64,000 nucleotides of DNA from Parcubacteria group bacterium GW2011_GWA2_43_13. GTDB lineage: Bacteria > Patescibacteriota > Patescibacteriia > UBA9629 > GWA2-43-13. The notes beneath the pieces are model-generated. The model ran no database searches. It saw nothing but the letters and a program-made list of their open reading frames with translations, and was not told the origin of the DNA. The DNA lies in NCBI GenBank assembly GCA_000999025.1, contig LCFM01000002.1, positions 436 through 64,435 of the forward strand, in the 5' to 3' direction. The position numbers and the translations under genes were made by a program. Of this stretch, positions 60,301 to 64,000 are shown in pieces. The first letter of the stretch is position 1; every line of letters begins with the position of its first letter.

Positions 60301-63215
60301 GATGAATCCACAGACGCGTTAAAACTTACAGTCACCATTTCATCTGAATGGCGATTCACTCCTTGCGGCCCTGCCTGCACCACATAAAATGGCGGTCCGC
60401 TTCTTAATAATACTTTTATAATAGAAAATCCTCGTTTCCCCTCGGCGCTTGCAATAACCTGCGTCTCTCCTAATGCCACAGGATCAACGCGCACATTCAA
60501 AGAATCTGCTGTCGCGCCAATCCGGGCAATGGAACTGTCTGATGATTCCCATACCGGCACAACAGTTATACCCTGCTCGCACACTTCGCCAATAGGAACA
60601 GCACTCACGTTCGTCCCCACCCCACCGATTTGCATAGTCACGCTTGAAGGAGACACATTAAGCCGTTTCAATGTATCTGTTTTAGGGATGAATTGAAGAG
60701 ATGACTGACAATCCGTTACCGGACTGTTTGCGCAATCAAGCGCATTGCCCTGCGCATCTTGTACTTCTGAAGATGATTCAACAGCAACAGATCCGCTTCC
60801 AAGCGGCCATTGCTTATTTTCTGTTTGCGGAAAAAATAATACTTTTTTCCCGGATGCCGCTTGAGCGCTGGTATGAGAGAGTGCAGATCCTTCAAAATCA
60901 ATCCGTGTATGAGATGCAACGCTTTCCACGTTCATGGGCCGATCAAATTCAAGCACAATAGAACAATTTGTCGGACTCGGGCCTGTGGGATGAACTTGCA
61001 TCAATCGTGGATTTTTCGGTAAAGGTGGCGGGTTATTCGGATTGCTCGTACCAGGTCCTGTGCCGGGTCCACCAGGACCGGTGCCACGCGGAAACCCTGA
61101 AAGCACACGAAACCATGCAGGCGTTCCTTTATCATCCCCAACAAAAGGCGCAACATATCCTGTGTGTGTTCCAGATGGAATCGTAAATCCAATTTCCGTA
61201 TCGCTGGCAGAAGAAAAATCAGCCCTATTTACTCGTATATCAGAAGCAAGCCCAATATGAGAAATACGGTTTAAATGAATCCCCTCTGTTACCACAGGAA
61301 TATTCACCGGACCTTCAAACGGAGTAATACTGCAGAATCCGGGTCGAGGAGCGCCATTTTCAACAACCACTGGAATACGATTACTCACCTCACTCACACT
61401 GCCTAATGTGTTCACTCTGATTGTGTATTCTCCAATTGCAAGATCATCAGGAATATATATGGTAAGCGAATGATCATTCCATGTTTCAGATGTGCTTTTA
61501 CATACATCAGGAGCATTCGTAATCGTTTTTACCACAGCCCCTTCTTTGATAAATTCCACAGCCCCGCGCATGGATCCAAAATTCCTTCCAACCAACCGCA
61601 ACAATTCTTTTTTTCTTACAGGATTCGGGCTTGCGTCATGAAGATATGGGCTTAAAATATCAATCTGCTCTTTTGACACGGTTTTAAGATCTTCGCCCAA
61701 CCCTATGGTAATTTTTCCGGTTGTGGCGGCAAGGGGAACTTTAATATTGATTTCCGTTTCACCCCACCGCTGGACACATGGCGTTGTCAATAGGTACGGC
61801 GGCGTCGCAATACTGCATGCGCTATCCGCGATTGTCGTGTTAAATGTTACTTCTCCCCGCGCTCCAAATCGGGCGCCGGAAATCGTAACTGTTTGACCAT
61901 AACGCGCTGTTGCAGGAGAAAGAGCGGTTATTTCGGGCTGGCATTCATCTGTTGATTGCACGCCTGTTGAAAATCGCCACACAAAATCTTGAGCAGTATT
62001 TCCAATCGGATCGTCTTGTTTTCCGTTTAAAGGATTGCCGCATACATCTAAAATCCCTTCTCTTTTTTCCGCATCATTTTTTGTATATAACCGCATTTCG
62101 TACTCATGAATTCCTGTTGCCGGTTTTTGAAGTGGCGCAAGCGGCTGGATAGTAAATGATTGAAGATCGCTCCCGATACTAACGGACTTTAAAGGCACTG
62201 ACACACCTGTCTCGGTATCAATCAGCACGATATACGATTGCTGTAATGTTGTGATATCCATCTCCTCGGTAAACACGGCCTGAATCGGCGGAGTCAAACA
62301 AATGTTCGTTGCTCCCGGTCGTGGCGATACGTCAAAAATACGCGGGCCCTCTGTATGATCAACTTGAGGCAACAAATCATCTGCTTCTTCTGCCGCTGAT
62401 GTCGTGAATCGCCACTGACGCGAGGAAGACATCCTTAATCCTGCTAATGTTGTTGCGTCAACTGATGCGCGCGCATCAGTTGAGACCTTTGCTGTATATG
62501 ATGTGTTTAAAAGAAAATCTTTTCGTTCAGCCCCTTCGGCAAGATAAAAACGAAACGCATTCTCATTTACAGAAAGCGCTCCTCCCGATACTGCTGTAAA
62601 CGAAGTTTCCACACCTTCCTGAACCAAAGAAAATGCAGTTGCAAGCGATACTTCATCAACAGTCGAATTAAACACGCCTTGCACCGCTCTACATGCTTTC
62701 ACATTCACTTCATTATCAGCAGGCGAATGAGATGTCAATTTGAATGTATTTCCCGGCGGAGCCAAAAAACAACCATCCCCAATACATGTGACTGGCGGAC
62801 TGCCAGTATCAGAGCCGAGATCGTGTCCTGTGGCGCGACCAATCAGCCAAAAAATAAAATTAGCAATCACAGCCGCGCCTAAAATAATAGCCAACCCTAT
62901 CACGCCATTGATCATGATTTTTTTCGCCTGGCTGATTTTGTCTTGATTCCCTCCAGATGTCATCCAAATAATGCCTGCATAGATAATCAGAATTAATGCG
63001 ATCAATCCTAAAAATCCGAGAAAAATATTAATAACCCGCGCGATGGTTGCAGTCAATGATCCGCGCGCGAGCCCTGTTTGTTCAATCGCAGGCGTGCTAA
63101 AGTCCTCTGTCTGGGCAAAAACAGGAACAGTATGCAACGAAAAAAACGCCACAATCGTGGTAATCCCTATAGCAATGAATCTTGATGTAAACACTGTGTA
63201 TTTATTTTGTTTCAT
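57351..63215 (-). CDS. Giant surface protein (1954 aa): VirB2-like pilin, Ig-like repeats, EF-hand loop, C-terminal pilin-like domain
   Basis: YAGIIWMTSGGNQDKISQAKKIMINGVIG; repeated P.....V......F...+D and W.FTT; ISGARFG; DVNRDGNIDTAD; RRDALRVMDV...PVDP. Confidence 0.8.
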   Translation of the reverse strand: MKQNKYTVFTSRFIAIGITTIVAFFSLHTVPVFAQTEDFSTPAIEQTGLARGSLTATIARVINIFLGFLGLIALILIIYAGIIWMTSGGNQDKISQAKKIMINGVIGLAIILGAAVIANFIFWLIGRATGHDLGSDTGSPPVTCIGDGCFLAPPGNTFKLTSHSPADNEVNVKACRAVQGVFNSTVDEVSLATAFSLVQEGVETSFTAVSGGALSVNENAFRFYLAEGAERKDFLLNTSYTAKVSTDARASVDATTLAGLRMSSSRQWRFTTSAAEEADDLLPQVDHTEGPRIFDVSPRPGATNICLTPPIQAVFTEEMDITTLQQSYIVLIDTETGVSVPLKSVSIGSDLQSFTIQPLAPLQKPATGIHEYEMRLYTKNDAEKREGILDVCGNPLNGKQDDPIGNTAQDFVWRFSTGVQSTDECQPEITALSPATARYGQTVTISGARFGARGEVTFNTTIADSACSIATPPYLLTTPCVQRWGETEINIKVPLAATTGKITIGLGEDLKTVSKEQIDILSPYLHDASPNPVRKKELLRLVGRNFGSMRGAVEFIKEGAVVKTITNAPDVCKSTSETWNDHSLTIYIPDDLAIGEYTIRVNTLGSVSEVSNRIPVVVENGAPRPGFCSITPFEGPVNIPVVTEGIHLNRISHIGLASDIRVNRADFSSASDTEIGFTIPSGTHTGYVAPFVGDDKGTPAWFRVLSGFPRGTGPGGPGTGPGTSNPNNPPPLPKNPRLMQVHPTGPSPTNCSIVLEFDRPMNVESVASHTRIDFEGSALSHTSAQAASGKKVLFFPQTENKQWPLGSGSVAVESSSEVQDAQGNALDCANSPVTDCQSSLQFIPKTDTLKRLNVSPSSVTMQIGGVGTNVSAVPIGEVCEQGITVVPVWESSDSSIARIGATADSLNVRVDPVALGETQVIASAEGKRGFSIIKVLLRSGPPFYVVQAGPQGVNRHSDEMVTVSFNASVDSSTATPDAIQLTKQGDAANLSRNPDGSSAIEFIDPSKIRIRRLANKGSATESPIDFDLNASYNVALNTSALKTTTAPTAVLDCSRAKGLNAEACSYQFSVTRGPAPVVGIVFNKSEYSLKVGAREDATITVFAQDSGEPAYPSSRRADFVMVHGIEYVVSNPNPHPPSQRFQIQALKAFPDLTDSEAMMRTFIGDIDATAPIDAVLSTKGSGCTGDECSDIPDPARQIRIVSITADGARAGTTCRATLTVTLDKYVSPSAFPVANLKVFEQVGGSDVSRMIALSSATSGVTKVLQFVIGDVEQKPSENTELRLQMQSPLPHVISIDQTSAQLVIDISRRFGEGKTSPLCSGGVGCPREDVNRDGNIDTADMGDVIISATSVEYGLLCNEGACEVSYSYGSIKACEHEGSEDSGPPTIVDIAPLDQATQVCTNSLIQVVFDRGIASTSVVDSLIAMNPSVPGRKITIDGRLLQIRPASGQLFSPSTVYEIGLLSGSWGRNGESLKCGSVLSNDAGACVWSFTTAATVCRVATIQVAPAEVAGMTVADTAEVHIHEGTQALFVGVPFSASNQPLSSPPIAKWTIASQGARISEQNGQHSVVVASRTTRAIPNKIIAELSEPETKTKIIGEYPFTIESCKQHFVVKDTDESYNEINTNYLLTDDGPSERVRSPHSGIKTHFATFACIDDLEEEAWPVRVSIKTEIPDRPRFTNIHYIQVPNPEQPEEPDAIIILTGKNDDRLSLDDWVREASLPIADGQGKITEQTNVGGYPAARAGTSVYVRSADYDGTSNAFTTVTVLSYNEGAQPRTVQLFNALVNSMTFNTNLSSESTRERFRRDALRVMDVTYIVRAIESNASGHPPVPAGSFEQNHTTSRWNSWQTELGRQVGVAFPVDPLNLFDCPLGYDQSTCWNKAQLIGLRFVCKPESYVYQYRYVDQDRFDIKAHFEFERVTWVGVDDAPMMTIPSGPATSGSEQENQCVNVVISP

Positions 63216-63652
63216 GCACTCACTTTTTTTACCATATCCGAAACTCGCTGGCCTGTTGCGGTTCCATGTACTTTAGGCATTACAATTTTCATAATCTGCC
63301 CGACATTGTGTACTTCCTCACTCCCCAAATCCGCTATCGCCTCACGTACAATACTCTCCACTTCCTCATCAGACATTTGCACGGGCAGATAACGCCCCAG
63401 AATTACTTTTTCTTTTCCTTCTTTTTCAGCAAGTTCCGGACGGTTGCCTTTTTGAAATGCTTCTTGCGCGTCAGTGCGTTTTTTCACCTCGCGCAAAATA
63501 ACAGAAACAACCTCGTCAGATGACAAGTCATGACCCAGTGCGATGCGCTCATTTTTCAACGCCGCAATCATCATGCGCAATGTATCCACTGTCAGCTGAT
63601 CTCGTGCTTTCATTGCTTGCGTTACATCGTTCTGTATTTTTTCAAATACCAT
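63212..63652 (-). CDS. yqeY: GatB/YqeY domain protein
   Basis: AMKARD...LRM, KKR.DA...F.KGNR.ELAEKE, YLP.Q. Confidence 0.93.
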   Translation of the reverse strand: MVFEKIQNDVTQAMKARDQLTVDTLRMMIAALKNERIALGHDLSSDEVVSVILREVKKRTDAQEAFQKGNRPELAEKEGKEKVILGRYLPVQMSDEEVESIVREAIADLGSEEVHNVGQIMKIVMPKVHGTATGQRVSDMVKKVSA

Positions 63653-63730
63653 AGAGAACAAAATTTCACATTATAATAGAGGCAGTGATACTGCCTCTAT
63701 TATACATGCTCTTATCAAAAAAGTCATCAA

Positions 63731-63991
63731 TTACCTTCGTCCCCTGCCGCGCTTTGAACTTCGTGAACGCTCAAGATACTCATCAAGTTTGCCAACTCGA
63801 TCAAGCCAATCCAAGCGCGCCGCTGTGCGGGCGCGATGGACAGCGCTTTTTTTCTTGGCATTCCTATTTTGAGGTCGTGAAAAATACTGACTGCTTTTTA
63901 TTGGACGAATCACAGAACTCATAGCCATTTTACTGAATCGTCTCAATAAATGATCCAATGACTCGTTATCTTTCTTTTTAACCTCAATCAT
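63731..63991 (-). CDS. rpsU: 30S ribosomal protein S21
   Basis: MIEVKKKDNESLDHLLRRFSK; upstream of yqeY. Confidence 0.85.
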   Translation of the reverse strand: MIEVKKKDNESLDHLLRRFSKMAMSSVIRPIKSSQYFSRPQNRNAKKKSAVHRARTAARLDWLDRVGKLDEYLERSRSSKRGRGRR

Positions 63992-64000
63992 AGAATGCAC

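Noticed and set aside
1-64000. Alternative genetic code (UGA=Gly)
   Set aside because: fusA, rpsS and rpsH end in TGA at expected lengths and RF2 is present

Overview
Core chromosomal segment of a Patescibacteria (CPR) bacterium, probably Parcubacteria/ABY1-like. This is inferred from the missing rpmD in the spc operon, SD-less AT-rich starts on core genes and giant VirB2-like pilin-Ig fusions; TGA is used as stop (code 11). Housekeeping content: dnaB-ybaB-recR, rplU, the str-S10-spc ribosomal cluster through secY-adk-map, rpmB, lysS, ndk, split comEC, prfB (programmed +1 frameshift), htrA, nrdR-nrdJ, ftsA-ftsZ, ybeY, yqeY, rpsU, tRNA-Lys(UUU) and tRNA-Pro(GGG). Most notable signals: (1) a complete Trp-specifier T-box riboswitch driving an isolated trpE-trpG pair in a lineage expected to be auxotrophic; (2) B12-dependent NrdJ followed by a transcobalamin-like DUF4430 protein and a DUF6580 membrane protein, a candidate cobalamin-scavenging module; (3) self-contained promoter/SD/terminator cassettes in an otherwise SD-less genome, one encoding a frameshifted secreted protein with a Poribacteria-type C-terminal LATxWGxL motif; (4) at least seven palindromic repeat families, several inserted in frame in rplV, nrdR, nrdJ, DUF6580 and DUF4430; (5) three candidate structured RNAs; (6) pilin fusions to a Cys-His hydrolase or to large Ig-like adhesins. 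All domain and RNA calls were made by eye, without database searches.
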